64,000 bases of DNA from Phoronis australis (Eukaryota > Animalia > Phoronida): contig NMRA01000710.1 in NCBI GenBank assembly GCA_002633005.1, forward strand, positions 58,065-122,064, in the 5' to 3' direction. Shown here one piece after another: positions 26,963 to 40,500 of this stretch; the first letter of the stretch is position 1, and every line of letters starts with the position of its first letter. The position numbers and the translations under genes are program-made. Under the pieces are notes generated by a model, which ran no database searches, was not told where the DNA came from, and was given only the letters and a program-made list of their open reading frames with translations.

Positions 26963-27150
26963 TATGTTGAGCTGGGGGTTGAAGAATGGAGCCATAGCCA
27001 AACTCACCACCACATTATGAGTTGATAAAAGAATAACAGGTGGGTTTGGAGAATGGAGCCAAGACCAAACTCACTACCACACTATGAGTTGATAAAAGAA
27101 CAACAGGAGGAGCAGGAGGTTGAGAATGGGACCATAGCCACACTGCCCAC
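26878..27150 (+). repeat. ~65-75-bp repeat of the last ABCB8 coding segment spanning the stop codon, 4 copies
   Basis: TATGAGTTGATA...GAATGG...CCATAG...CACCAC units start near 26878, 26952, 27016 and 27082. Confidence 0.8.
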
Positions 27151-29289
27151 TGCACTGAATATTCATGATATAACCATGATAAGTACAGCAGACACCATTG
27201 AATATTTAGACACATCAGGCCCTGCTATCTCATCTTTTTTTCTGGGAATGAAACTCAAAATTATGTTTGGCATTTTCTACTCTACTTTCGTGTGAACTCA
27301 AGATATTAAGTGTCTATTATTCTATGCTCCAGTACATGATGACTTTCGTGGATAATAGTTTAGTCCTAGTTTGCAGTTGGTAAATCCAACATTAAGGCTC
27401 AAATTTCGAGTTTTTATTCAAGTTTGCAGCACGAATATAAGAGTCTTCAGCTGCAAACTAGAAACTCATGTGCCTAAACTATTATGTATTTGAGCACACT
27501 CTAACCACTTATCTTGAGTTCGCTCAAAAGTAGCAGAGAAGTTGCCAAAATAATTTTGAGTTGGTTTGAAGTACTAAGATTAGATACGGGCCCAGGTGGA
27601 AGTCAGTTTTTGCTAACTTTAGACAGCATACCTTTATGTTCCTCATTTCATGATTTCCTTTTCACAGGAATACATTCCTGCGTCTAATTATCATGTTAAA
27701 AATTGTTTACTCCATTTTCGATTTTTATCTGTTTTTTTGCCATCCAATTTTCAGACCAGTCACTGTATTGCATTTGATTAAAAATTGACAATTTCATTAT
27801 TCTATTTATTTTACATGGAGTTGTGTGTTATCTTATGGTTTTCTCATTAACCATTTAATGTTTTAGTTTTTGGCTTCCATTGTGAATTTATCTTGGCTTA
27901 CTAAATGATCAAATCACAATAAGCTGTAGACACTGAAATTTTGGCAGCAAATTCTTAAAAAAATCATAACTGAATTGGAAATAAGTTTTGTTTTGTCTTG
28001 GGGGGCAGTTAATAATCTTTGATCATAATGAAATAAAAAAACTTGTGAATGTTCTTTACTGATGTACTTACTGAAATAAGGCATCAAGGGTGGAATGGAA
28101 AAAATAAAATTTTGAAATTTCAAAACTGTGAAAGTTACGGGTTTTTTTGTGGTGCCAATTCTTTTAAATATCTATATTTGAAATATCTAATGTCTCTTTT
28201 TCACATAACACAATAACCGTTTTGAAAACGGAATAATTTTGAATGACTTCTTATCAAATTAAAATGGGTACCAGTTTGTGTCCCAGAAGGAAAGTTTGTC
28301 CACATGGAGAATATTGAATTCAGAAATTGATATTTTAGGCATATTTTCATGGTAACATTACTCGTACACAGCTATACAAATGGAGTTGTGTATATCAATA
28401 CACTGTAATATATTTAATTTTAGCCACGCTTGACTTTAATCCCTACATTCAGACTTTTAACTTAAATTTTTTCTCTATTTCATAGTTGATATCAACTAGA
28501 AGTAGTGCATTTATCGTAGAATAAAATTTGTTTTTATGTACACATGTATTAAATTGTATACAAAAATACACTTCAGAATTATCAACTCAGTACAATGCTT
28601 CTTCAGGTCACACTTTCTATCAGATTTAGTGTTAGTCCTCGTGTCACTCAGATGCAGTCGATGACTGTGCAAAACATAGCCACGTCTATTGCACAACAAA
28701 GGCATAGTCCTGGACTACCCGCCCAGTTTGGTCTTCATCAAATCAACTCAACACTTGTCTTTCGTCTTTGGAAACGCTAAGTTGGGAGTGCCTTATCTCT
28801 GCATAGAAGAAATAAAGAATCCTACAACAATAGTCTCAGGTTTATGACTGACATGGGCAAAACCTGGAAATTTCGTCAAAATCCCGAGACTCTATTCGCT
28901 CACATGAACCGTAAATTTAAAAACGATCTTTTTGCAGAAAAACTCGACGTGCACAAAACTTTCAACTACATGACGCAACTTTAGTAAAAACACGCTTGTG
29001 CAATGTAATTCAGTTACTTTTGATTAATAGTTTTATTTTAAACTTAGCAATCGTGAATTGTGTTCAGCTTACGTATCAATTATTATTTGTATTATTAAAA
29101 CTTAAAAAAGTGGTAATAAATAACACTGAGCATTGAATTGACCTTGCACCAGCACAGAGCGAAATGCTTGTGGTTCCAGGAATTGCACGCTCTGGGGTAC
29201 GTTCGGAGTCATGGGTGACAATAGCTGTAGGGCTTCAAACACTGCAGAGGCTACAGCTCGAGGGTCTTTTGGCTTAAAAAAATGTTGCA

Positions 29290-29886
29290 TTCTCTTGGGT
29301 AGCGACAGGGCACTGCTGGGAATCAACAACGATGGTATGGCACCGTGCCCTTCTTCACGCGTTGTTTTGCAGGAACCGTCATCACCTCCGCGTTCACATC
29401 TCTTTAGTAACCCGACGGCAGAAAATGCATGCCACGCATTCGGTAATTCTTAACTGTTTCGTACAAATGCATAGCGTGGATGGGTAACAAGCAGTCTTCA
29501 CACGCTCGAGCCAAGTACCTCGGAGTACGTTATCCGTCTTTAAGCGATGTACAAATGGCACACCCAAAATGCGCCAGAAACGATAATGAGTACATCCCGG
29601 TACGCACCAACTGTGCAGTGTGTTGGCCGATTCGTAAAAAATGCAAACGACAAGCGAACGTATCAAAATGGAGGTAAAACAACGACTGACTCAACAGTAA
29701 TCACACAGTCAGGCTATATGAAAACAAAATGGCGAGAAATTCTAAACCACCAAAACATCAGTTACGGAATGACCATGACTAATTAGCTAAATTAAAGTAA
29801 GCCGTAATGAACTGAAAAATATGTCTGGGATTATTAAGGAACGGTATTTTTACTAAACAAGACAGGGAAATAGGTTGCCTTCTTCA
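29290..29886 (-). mobile_element. Degenerate left-end fragment of the THAP-Kolobok family seen at 46818-48506
   Basis: Minus strand reads CVPGCTHYRFWRILGVPFVHRLKTDNVLRGTWLERVK, then (shifted) HFLPSGY*RDVNAEVMTVPAKQRVKK, colinear with the THAP at 47083. Decayed TIR-like sequence (AAAATATGTCTGGGAT, AATAGGTTGCCTTC) lies at ~29790-29886. Confidence 0.72.
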
Positions 29887-31529
29887 AGCTGATAACGATA
29901 CATTTTAGATGAGGTTAGTTAGTCAACTTTTTCGCCCAGGTTCGTCAGCCCGATGTTGAGGTCTCATTTACCGTTGTTCGCTTTAATTACCGTGTAGCCT
30001 CTGTGATAGAAATAATACCAACGTCATGTTTTCATTCACGTTGTGTCGTTAGATTACAGTCTCCATCAATCTCACCTTTCACAGCTGTGATAGGGATTCC
30101 CTACTACTGGACAAAACGACACCTGTTGAAGGAACTCCTCCATGACTCTTGGCATGTCCTGTCGTTTTTGCTCGTAGCCGTAGGGAAGTAAACTTTAACA
30201 CACTGGTCACCTCTAAATCCCCATATGTCCAAATATTTTAAGGTAATATTGTACCTGGTCTGGTCAACCTCTCCCTTTTTTTCGAAGGTAATGCAAAGCC
30301 TAAATGTCAATGGTAAAATACCCAAACGGATTTCTTTGACTGAATACCTACTTCCTGATGCTGTGTGCTCTTAGATGAGGTTTGCGCTCGTAAAGTCTAC
30401 CTGAGAATCGTTCTCATGGGTGTTGTGTGTCTCATTAAACTTTGCAGACTATTTAATTTTCTATTTTTCTTTGTTTTGTACCTCTTGTCAAGTTATGATA
30501 AATGACTACATTTACGCCTACCACTGTTCTCTTTACACCTGGGCTTTACATTGAATAGGTTACGCGGCGGTTATCAAAGGCATCAGATATTTACACACCC
30601 TTTGTCCGCCACTGAACCTCCTGAACAGTTCTGAATCCATAACACAAACTGTAACTCGTCTGCTCGAACAAATAAACAACACTCAGAGGAACCGCCAAAC
30701 TTTAGTATATAAATGTATATTCTCGTCGTGAAGAGAACTAAGAACAATTCGGGTTGGTAGGAAGGTAACATACGGACGATTAGTTGGACGTTGTGGATAC
30801 ATGACGTGTGTGCTACAACCGTACATGTACATATTAAATCGCTAACTTATACGCTTATAAGTGTTCAGTGTGTCGCACTACTTGATATATTCTCGACTCG
30901 GGTGGAAACTATAGGGTATATGCCATGAAAAGAATTGTACATTGACATCATAACTGGTCGAGAGTGGGCAACTCAGCTCGAACAGTCAAAATTTTCCGGT
31001 TTAGATTAAAGACAGCATGGTTTGGCCTCTGGCTGCTGGCGTTATATTTCTCTACATAATGAGATCAACACACTGGGGGCGACTATAGTGTATTTTAATT
31101 TTCGTTTTGAAAATTTATAAATAGCAAATTTGAAAAGTTAGTGAAAAGTAAACGTGATTACATTTCAGTTGAAGTTGAAAATTGGACAAGAAATGTGAAT
31201 TTTACCACATAAAACGCCTGTTTTTTGTTTGCGATGTATCTTCATTAATTGTGATGGGTGATCAACATAGTTGGGTCAATTATTAAATCACTGCAAGCAG
31301 CAGTTTTATTTTACGGTAAGACCAAGTGTCATTGTACAATTCGTGGCATGGGGCACAGAGATGACTCAAAGCCCATTGAACTTGATCGTCTTCAACCATT
31401 CTTAAAAACATCGACTGTCTAATTAACAAAGCATATCATGAACCACACATTTGACTATGACGCACGTTTCTTTTTACTAAAGCAGCGTGATGATTTGAGC
31501 ACTCGTAAACAAAACGACGGTGACGCGTA

Positions 31530-34500
31530 CTAAGAATTTTGCCTGATAGCGCAACACAGGACCATAGACAAGATCATGCCCAGCAGCTGAAACAAACAAA
31601 ACATCAAATTAAAGTTTAGTTTTCACAGCATATCATACAATATACAACTAGCCGATGAGAAGAGAAGCTTAAAGCAATGTCTTGTATACAGCGTACACAT
31701 TGATGTTGGAAATTTCATACATGCTTTGGTGTCTGTCAAATAATGCGTACATGCACTATATTTACAGATGGACTTGACCATATAGTGGCTATTTTGCCGA
31801 AAATTTTTTAATGAACAGCGTATAACGGCGCCCGAGTACGATTACATAAGCTGTGAACACGGACCTATTGCCTCTTTTTGGTAAGCAAAATGTGTCACAA
31901 CACTTGGCGCATATTATCACATTGTGTCACAACACTAGGCGCACATTGTCGCATTATGTGTCTCAACACTAGGCGCACATTACCGCAATATATGTCACAA
32001 CACTTGGCGCATATTATCGCAATGTGTCACAACACTAGGCGCACATTGTCCCATTATGTGTCACAACACTAGGCGCACATTACCGCAATATATGTCACAA
32101 CACTTGGCGCATATTATCGCAATATGTGTCACAACACTTGGCGCGTGTTATCGCAATATGTCACCACACTATGCGCACACTATCGCCCTTATTTATGCTA
32201 AACGGTGGTATGTTTATTACGTATTTGACACAGAGTCATGGGTGGGGAGGGTATAGCAAATTGTAAACAAGTCCAGTTGCAAGTACTCGAACGTGCGAAA
32301 ATTCAACGCATAATGGTGGCGATCTTGGTAGTGACAATGACAATAATGACAAGACTTCTTGAATCACACTATATGATTAACCAATGGCGCCACAGCATGG
32401 TTCAGTTTCAATGTGGGACTAATTGTTACACCCAGCACCCATGTTTTGAATAACTATCCCCGGAAAGCAACTTCGTTTGCGGGAGCGATTGCGAAACGGT
32501 GATACCTTGGGATGTTAGAAACAGTATGTTTCATAGCGTACAAGCGACTGGACCTCTTCCTGAATGGAAGGGACGTATAAGTACACGGTGTCGGCGAGTG
32601 GCGGTAGAGAATATCCCTCGTCCTTTCAATACTCTGTTTCAGGTCTGAAATGGGTATTTCCCAGTTGACCTTCGGACTATTGGGTCTTATTAATTGAGAC
32701 CAGCAAATCCTTGATATCTTGCCGCAAGGAGTTCATCCTTCGCCGACGTTATTTCCGAACGCTAACTGTCAGTGGTTTGGGCGTGCATGAAAATGATACA
32801 CGTTTTGACTTCTAATTAGACCCACTTGCGCGCAGTGCCTGGCCTATATATTCAAATCTGGATTAATTTGCTTCAAGAGTTCTGTGTATTCTTGGATCGT
32901 TCTTTCCCTGACATAATCTTTCTTTCTGAAAGTAAACTCGCCTTTTCAGTCTGCCAGGCCACCCAGTTATGCAAAGTAAACAGTCGGATATTCTACCTGT
33001 GACGTTCAATGCCGGTGGGATACTCTATCGTTGTGTAGTCGGATGATAACGTGGAAATTGATTAATTTTTACGTAACAACTGAACAATTGCCAACAGAAT
33101 GCTCAAGGAGTAGGGTGGTTAACTTAAATATATTTGCTTTGGGTTGCAGTTGGTAAGGTGTCAGGGGGGGGGGAGTAGCGGGCCGTTTCTTAAAATTTAT
33201 AAGCTTATCTTGTAAGAAGTTGACGCTTCATTGGATCACCGAATTTTGATAGTTCAAATTCGGCAAAATATTCTCATCCGGCCCCAGATGTCCACTAGAT
33301 GCTAAAAATAACCGTACACGAAGGATGAAGTAATGCAAGACGTGCAAGTATATTGTAGCTGTAGCCTGCGTGGCATGGGGCTGTAACTAAACATGTCGCA
33401 GTCGAGGATGCAGTGGAATACAAAGGAGAAAATGAGAGAAAACCTACAACTTACCATGACGCATCCTATCCCAATGGCCACACCCCCTACTATAAGGAGA
33501 TTGTCTGAGAAAAAGTCGAACAGCTTTTTGGAGCAGGGCTGAAATGAAGTATGTACTGGTCAGTAAAAGGGCGGCAAAAAGCTTTCCAACATTTACACTA
33601 TAATTAAAGAAAGGTACTACTTCATCAACCAATGTTGAACACAGAACGAGTCTACAGTGATTGCTGAACACAGAACGAGTCTACTGTGAAATTAATCAAA
33701 ATCTTCAAATTAAGCATTAAAATTCTAAGCATGCCAAACCGTGGCTATTTTTCACTTAATTATTTTACGTTCATTAAAAGCCACACATACGCGATATTCA
33801 GAACTCGTGTACTTCCATTCCCGTACAGCTGAGAAATGATTCATGTAGCCATTCAGAGACTAGTCAGACATTTTTGATCAATGTATGAACTCTAAAATTT
33901 TAAGAAGTATTTTTAATGAAAAATATATAGGGACGATTACCATAACGTCAGTGAGTGGTCATAGCACCATAAAGTTTGAGAAGATCGCCTAGTGAACACT
34001 ATCAGCCGCTTAAACAAAACCTGGTTTAAGACTTATACCTGCATAATCGCATAATCTTCTTGCGTGTGGTATAATTTCAGGTTACCCAGCTAGTAACACA
34101 GGTTTCACCAATGTGGTTTAGAAGCCTGAACACCTGGTAGTGGATTTATATTCAAACAGAGATAGAGTTCAGTAACGCTAGGACCTACGCCAGGTCCCCG
34201 CTAAGCTCTAGCCAAAACCACGTGTTCTCAGAACTGAGAGACTTGAAAAAATTCTCGTGAGGAAAAATGTGTCCTCACACAACTGATTAAAAGATATCAA
34301 TGTTATAGAACTACAAAGTTGAGGCCAAGTCAAGTCAATGTAAGTATGAGGAGTGACACTGGTTCAGTTCCAAGAATTGGCGAAAAATACAACAACAAAT
34401 AGTTTAGTAATATTAGAAACGCTCAGAAATGAAGGCCGAAAGGGATTTTTTACAAGTGAAAAAATCGATAAGAAAACCTGTGGGCAGGTCTAAGATATCG

Positions 34501-37500
34501 CGAAATGGTCCGACATTATTCGTTTTGTAATATTTGCGTCTAACATTCACTTGCAAAAGCACGTACATAAAAAATTAGTGCAACCCTGCGATTAGCCACA
34601 ACCTAATAATGTCAAAACTTATATCTCCGCATCATTTTCTACCATTGATTATTTGTCGACAGCCAATAGGGGGTATGTTCCACCCCTCCAAAATCCACCA
34701 CTAGGGCCAAAGGAAGTAGAAGTGGGCAAATCAGGCAATGTTAGACGTGATTGGAGATGAAGCTGTCTTCATTCCCGCCCTTAACACTTATGACGATGGT
34801 GTTATGCTCGATCACTCGAAACCTGGGCAATCTGATGGACACCTTACAACTGATCTAAGAGCGAATGCGGACGGTGTGATCTCAAAACTAAAACAGTCTG
34901 TTCTTGCTGTTAGACGTGGTCTGTAGTGATGCACACCGAGGTGTCTTTCAGTTGCACAATTTAGGAAATGTTCTTCGCGCAAGTCTGCCATTATTAATAT
35001 TGCAGTCCTAAGGAATTTAGACCTCAGTGGGAGGTGAAACTAAAACCGGCTTAGACCAGATTTAATCTGCAGTTTTTACTGGACCAGTTGTCTTACAGTT
35101 AGTCCTCCTTCATTAAATGCAATTTTTCTTACACCAGATGTACCTTCATGAAATCAGCTGCGATCATTAAATTTCAAAATATAGTTTGCGCGACAATTCA
35201 TGCAACAAGCTTTTCTTTATATATGTGTAAAACAACGTGTTGTGGAAATTGACAAGTGTTGCACCAGATGAGTAACAGAAAATTTATGAATTTAAGTCTA
35301 CATCCGGGCATATTCTTGTTCCTTAGAGTTAGTCTGTGAGCATGGCTGGTGAAAGCAGACCTTGTTGCATTGCCAATAAATGTAAGACTTTGCAAAAGAA
35401 AGGCAGGCGTATAGTCTTAATTCAACCGGCGGATGCCATGGTGTCGATTCCCGAGTATGACTAATTTGTTTCTTTATCACGGAATTTCCCAAAAATTATC
35501 GACATGATACTCTTTTTGGCAAAAGGCAACTTGGGTCACTAGCTCTTTTTCGCACTGAATTTTTTTCTTCAAGAGCGTTCCTTTCTCAAGTCTTTGAGGA
35601 AAGAACGTAGTTCAGAAAAAGACTTTTACAAAGGAAAAATGCTTTCCCCATATATCGTATACACAATGGTATCTTATAGCTAAACAATGCGATTTTAATC
35701 GCACGGTGGGAACGACGGAAAGATGTTAAAGCATCTTTCCGTCGTTCCCACCGTTCCTATTTTTAGTCCTGAAGACAACACTGTTTACGAGAAAGTGACG
35801 TGGATACTGGGATTGCCGATGCAATTCGTGCGAGACTGACTACTGTGAGCGTAGAAGTGTAGGCATACTAACTGTCGTGTAATAACGTAGCTTGCAGGTG
35901 TCTGGTGGTAGGCGTGGCAGATAATCGATCGAGCCACTGGTGGCACCACAGCATTCCAACTGAAAAACAAAACGAACGTGTGGTTGTTTAGGGCCTTCAG
36001 TTACACATGTGAAAGTGAAGGTGGCTGTTGTCTCACGTCGTACCCTCATTACTGTGTATACATGAAGCCCTGCATGTATAATAGCATCAACCACGCTTGC
36101 TTCAATCAATCTGTACAAGTCATCATTGACCGTTCTTACTTTAAAGCATATTTCGACCCACCACGTAACATTTCTGCATGATCGATCTCTTTAGAGTCAA
36201 ATCGAAGAGAATTAAGCAAGGCACACCAGTAGAGCACAACTGGGCGATACACCATAGCTACATTGACCTCGCTTGTTTCAATTTTATGTGAAAATAGCGA
36301 TTGCTGGATTGGTTCGGCGTTTTGATAGAAGGTTGGTCTGCGCGAGAGCGTGGGAATGATGAGGATGGCATTTGGAGATCAGGAGGCAGTTGTTGCTACA
36401 CATGCTGCTGCCTGACAAGTGAGCAACTATAACCTTTTGAAGAAATTCGCATTTCTGTTTTTTCAAATTTCAGCTTTTAGGGGTTGTAGGGGTTACAGAA
36501 CATTATTCAGTGGCGGATCTAGTTTACCATAAGGGGGGGGCAACATCCTCGGGGAATTGGGCAAAGCGCGATTGCATATGCACAGGCGGGCCGAAATTTG
36601 GGGGGCCGAGGATGTAGACCTTCTCTTCTGACGAAAATCTATCGGTGGACTAAAAAAAGAAAAAAAAACGGGAACGTGTTTCCGCGTCTGAGCGTCCGCT
36701 GCCGGTCCTAGCTCAATATTTCCTCACACTTCACGCTGTTCCTGTTTCATTTTGTATGCGGCAGTCAATGGGGCGGGGGACCTGGATGGGAAAGTCGTTT
36801 TTAGTAGCTGCTTTTGGGCCAAAACCGGGTTTAGTATCCTTTTAAGTATGCTCCGAATTGAGTACAATATTCAAGCAATTGGTTATATAATGCGCTCTCT
36901 ACAGGACAAAACAGTTTTCATCATGAACTGAGGTGCCAAAGCGCACTGACTGATAGTTCACCCAATTTTGACCTGAAAATAACGATTAACGACAAATATA
37001 TATTTCTTGTCTGCTACAATAAACATACAGATTTTCAGATGTGTACATAAAAAATTGGGGCCTCTATAAGCCTTTAATTAGGAATTCGAAAACAAAGTGG
37101 CCGCCACTTCCGCCATGTTGAATCCCATTAGGATGAAAGACAAATAAACTTCGAGCCATTTATGAGACACATATTGTGTGTAAACTTCGCCTTGATCCGA
37201 TAAGAAATGCAATCTGAAGCATGCGTACACGAATTAAACAAAAAAAGCTTATGAATTTTATGACAAACAAACCTACTTTCATTTCACCAAGTAAAAACAA
37301 AACGAGATCGCTCGGAGTAGCGACCTTTGGTGAAATGGACTGAAAGGACAGTGGAGATGAAGATGATGACAATGATGATGGTGATGATGATAGTGTCGAT
37401 GATGAACATGACGATAACTATCATATTGCGAATGAAAATGTCAAAAATGAGTAAAAAATATAGTCTTGTTTAACAGACAGTAAACCAGCAAAAAGTGCAG

Positions 37501-40500
37501 CAAAAATCAGCGAAGGAACAGCATCATCAGAAAACCCCTAATAATTCAAAACAAGACATCCTAGCGAAAAATGAAACATTTTGCTGAAAGGCCTTTTAAA
37601 GCTATCTATCAGGTCAGTTTTACAAAATTTCAAATTTTTTGAAAATGTTCATCTGTACTACATGTCTGGTACAATAATCGTACCAATTTTCATCCCCGTA
37701 GGTCAAAAATGGGCATTTGATTCTGAATTCGAACAAAATGGCTTCCATATAAACGGTGAGCATCATCAACGCTAAACCAAGTGTAATTGTATTCATTGGC
37801 AACTTGAAAACAAACAATTTGCAAACAGCCGACATTTGCACTAATGACATACCTTGGGGTATCACATAGCCCTCGTCATGCAGTTTTATTCCCCAATACC
37901 AATACTTGCTGGATGCGGCTGAGTGATTTACGGCAGATTATTTTCGACACAAAACTTGTTCTTAACAACGATTTACAATTTTCAACCTGCTTTACATTGT
38001 ATGTTCACATCTGCCTTACATGTTGCGTTTCAAACTGATTTGACCAAGCAATCTCGGAGATAAAGAATAAGCGCTCAAGTTCCACTTTAAAATTGACTAA
38101 TCCAGCTGTTGCAGACAAATTCCAAATGATTCATTTCGATTAGCTTATGATCATGTTGCATTCAGTTAAATGCAGCTAAAAGCTTTCTCAAAGACCTGGC
38201 TAATTATACTATTGTTGTTGTTTCAAGGGGCCTAAGAGTGTGACAGCATGGCGCCTGAGAGTGTGACAGCATGGCGCCTGAGAGTGTGACAGCATTCCAT
38301 TTCTGTTACCAACTCAAGTCACGTTCAATGCGTACATCCACCATTTTTAAATTGGTAATTTAAGTAAGTGTTTTCTTGAGTCGCTGGTGGTTACACGTTC
38401 TTGGCGGCAACGGAATAAAATGTTATCACGGTTTGAGATTTTATAAAAAGTCTCGTTCGATTTCCCTTTTTTAAACAGCTAGAGAGAGCGAAATGAAATT
38501 TTAAGGCACCCGTGAGGCGAAGGTTTGCCGTAGATTAAATACACCGAGGCGCGAGGACGTTTCCTAAAGCAGGTGCCATTGTCCAACAGGGCGCCTTGCG
38601 CGCCACCTGTGAACAACTGCGGTAGAGTCGTCATGTTGCATGCAAATCTCAATGCTCATGTACAGTTTTGCACTGCAACGAATTGCAGCAATGCCCTACG
38701 GAAATAATCAAACCTGCATGTTTAGTTTTCCAAATTCAGTAGATTTTTTTCGAGCACGCACTATATTGCTTGACCCTATTTCAAAAACGCGTGTACTATT
38801 TGCTGTGATGTGTTTTAACTAAACCTGAGAGGGATTGCCCAAGAACAAAACAATCAAATAGCACCAAAAGGTGAGCAGCCTGTAATGTATCAAAGGAAGA
38901 GCATTAAAGCTGAAAAAGCCCAAGTACGAAGGGTTTGATTGGCTTTCTGCTCGTATGTTATAATATAGCATGGGGAAATTACAGTTATGCGCAGTTCGAT
39001 TTATTTGCTTGTGGCAATGAGAAATACAAATCTGGAGCAGTTAATTAGATTTGAGATGTTTTAGTATCTTCACGACTACAATTTGAGATGTTTTAGTATC
39101 TTCACGGCTACGGTTTCCCTCTTGACTTCTGTCTAAGACCTAGTCTAGCATGCACAGGTCTTATTATGTACTGGTATGTAATCGAAGCTTTCCATTTAAC
39201 GCCTTGAGGTTAAACAGATGATGGAATATTCAGGTTCACATATGTATTTGTATTTGTTTATAATAGTAACGTGAATGTATGCAAAAATATCCCGGCCCTA
39301 GTACCAGTTGCATAATGTAGAAATCCGTCTCTTTAATTCACTGAAACACTTCTAATTTAGTGCATTAATTTAACAAATCTTACGCTTTAAAAAACGCCGA
39401 TTATTTGGTTGTAGAAAACAGAATTAAAAGACACAATCTCGACAGTCTTGATCCTGATTTATGCAACCAGGTCCAGGGCCTCTTACGTTTGCCACTGAAG
39501 TCACCTATATGTGAAGACCTGTTAACTCTGAGACGTTTTTACATTGATTCACGTTTATGACATGAAATCGCAATCTCATTTCATTGTGCTTTAATCTCAC
39601 ATCTGTTTAATATTGTAGGAATGTGAAGTAAAATCCGACTTAAAATCCCTGACTGACTCCAAATGCTTTGGGAATTTGATCTGCCACCGCTGTGTCAAGG
39701 AAGCACAGATAACTCGCCTTTTCGCAAACTATTGCTAAATGTTTCCAATGTAGGAGGGGGACAAGCCACTCTCGCCCCCTGTCCGGCGCGTATTGAATAA
39801 CAGCTTCGCATTGAGGAACAAAGAATTGAAAACCGAAAGCGTTTATCTTCAATTAAATATTGAGAGAGTCCCTAAAAGCTCATAAATATAAATTAAATAC
39901 AGCAGATTGCCACGACCCCCCCCCCCTTTGTGGTGTTTTTGGCGGAGGCGAAACAACTACCCGACCCTGCGCGGACCCAGCCTAAAATATGGAGGGGCCG
40001 AATTTTTGAGAATGTGGACATTTTACTAAGACTCAGGGGGTAGGTTCAGAGCTATGAATTCGAGTTTTGGTAGTTCCTGCGTTTTTAGTGGACTTTTATT
40101 ACTTTTTCAGAGTATTTTGTTTCTCTGAGGCGGATCTTCCTGCCCACTTCGCTTCTGGGTACGTGCATGCAGACGGAAGATGGCGCTCTGTGCCGAGTGT
40201 GACAGGCTTTCAATATGTTGTGACGCATCTCGGCTATTCAAACCTATGGTTTTAACTTGTGGTTTTTTGCCACCATGAAATCTGATGTTACCGCCAATGT
40301 AAACAATACATGTCTTGTATTCTGTGTGTTTATTATTGTGCCGAATTGAGAATAAAAGAACGAAAGTTTTAACAATAAACTGCATGTGGCAACGATTGCA
40401 TTTCATGAAGCGCAGCAGAAACACGGGGTACATTTCTTGTGTTATCCTTGTCACCAAAAGTACTTGTCACCTCTTGTTTTCTTGTAACTCAGCATTTTTA

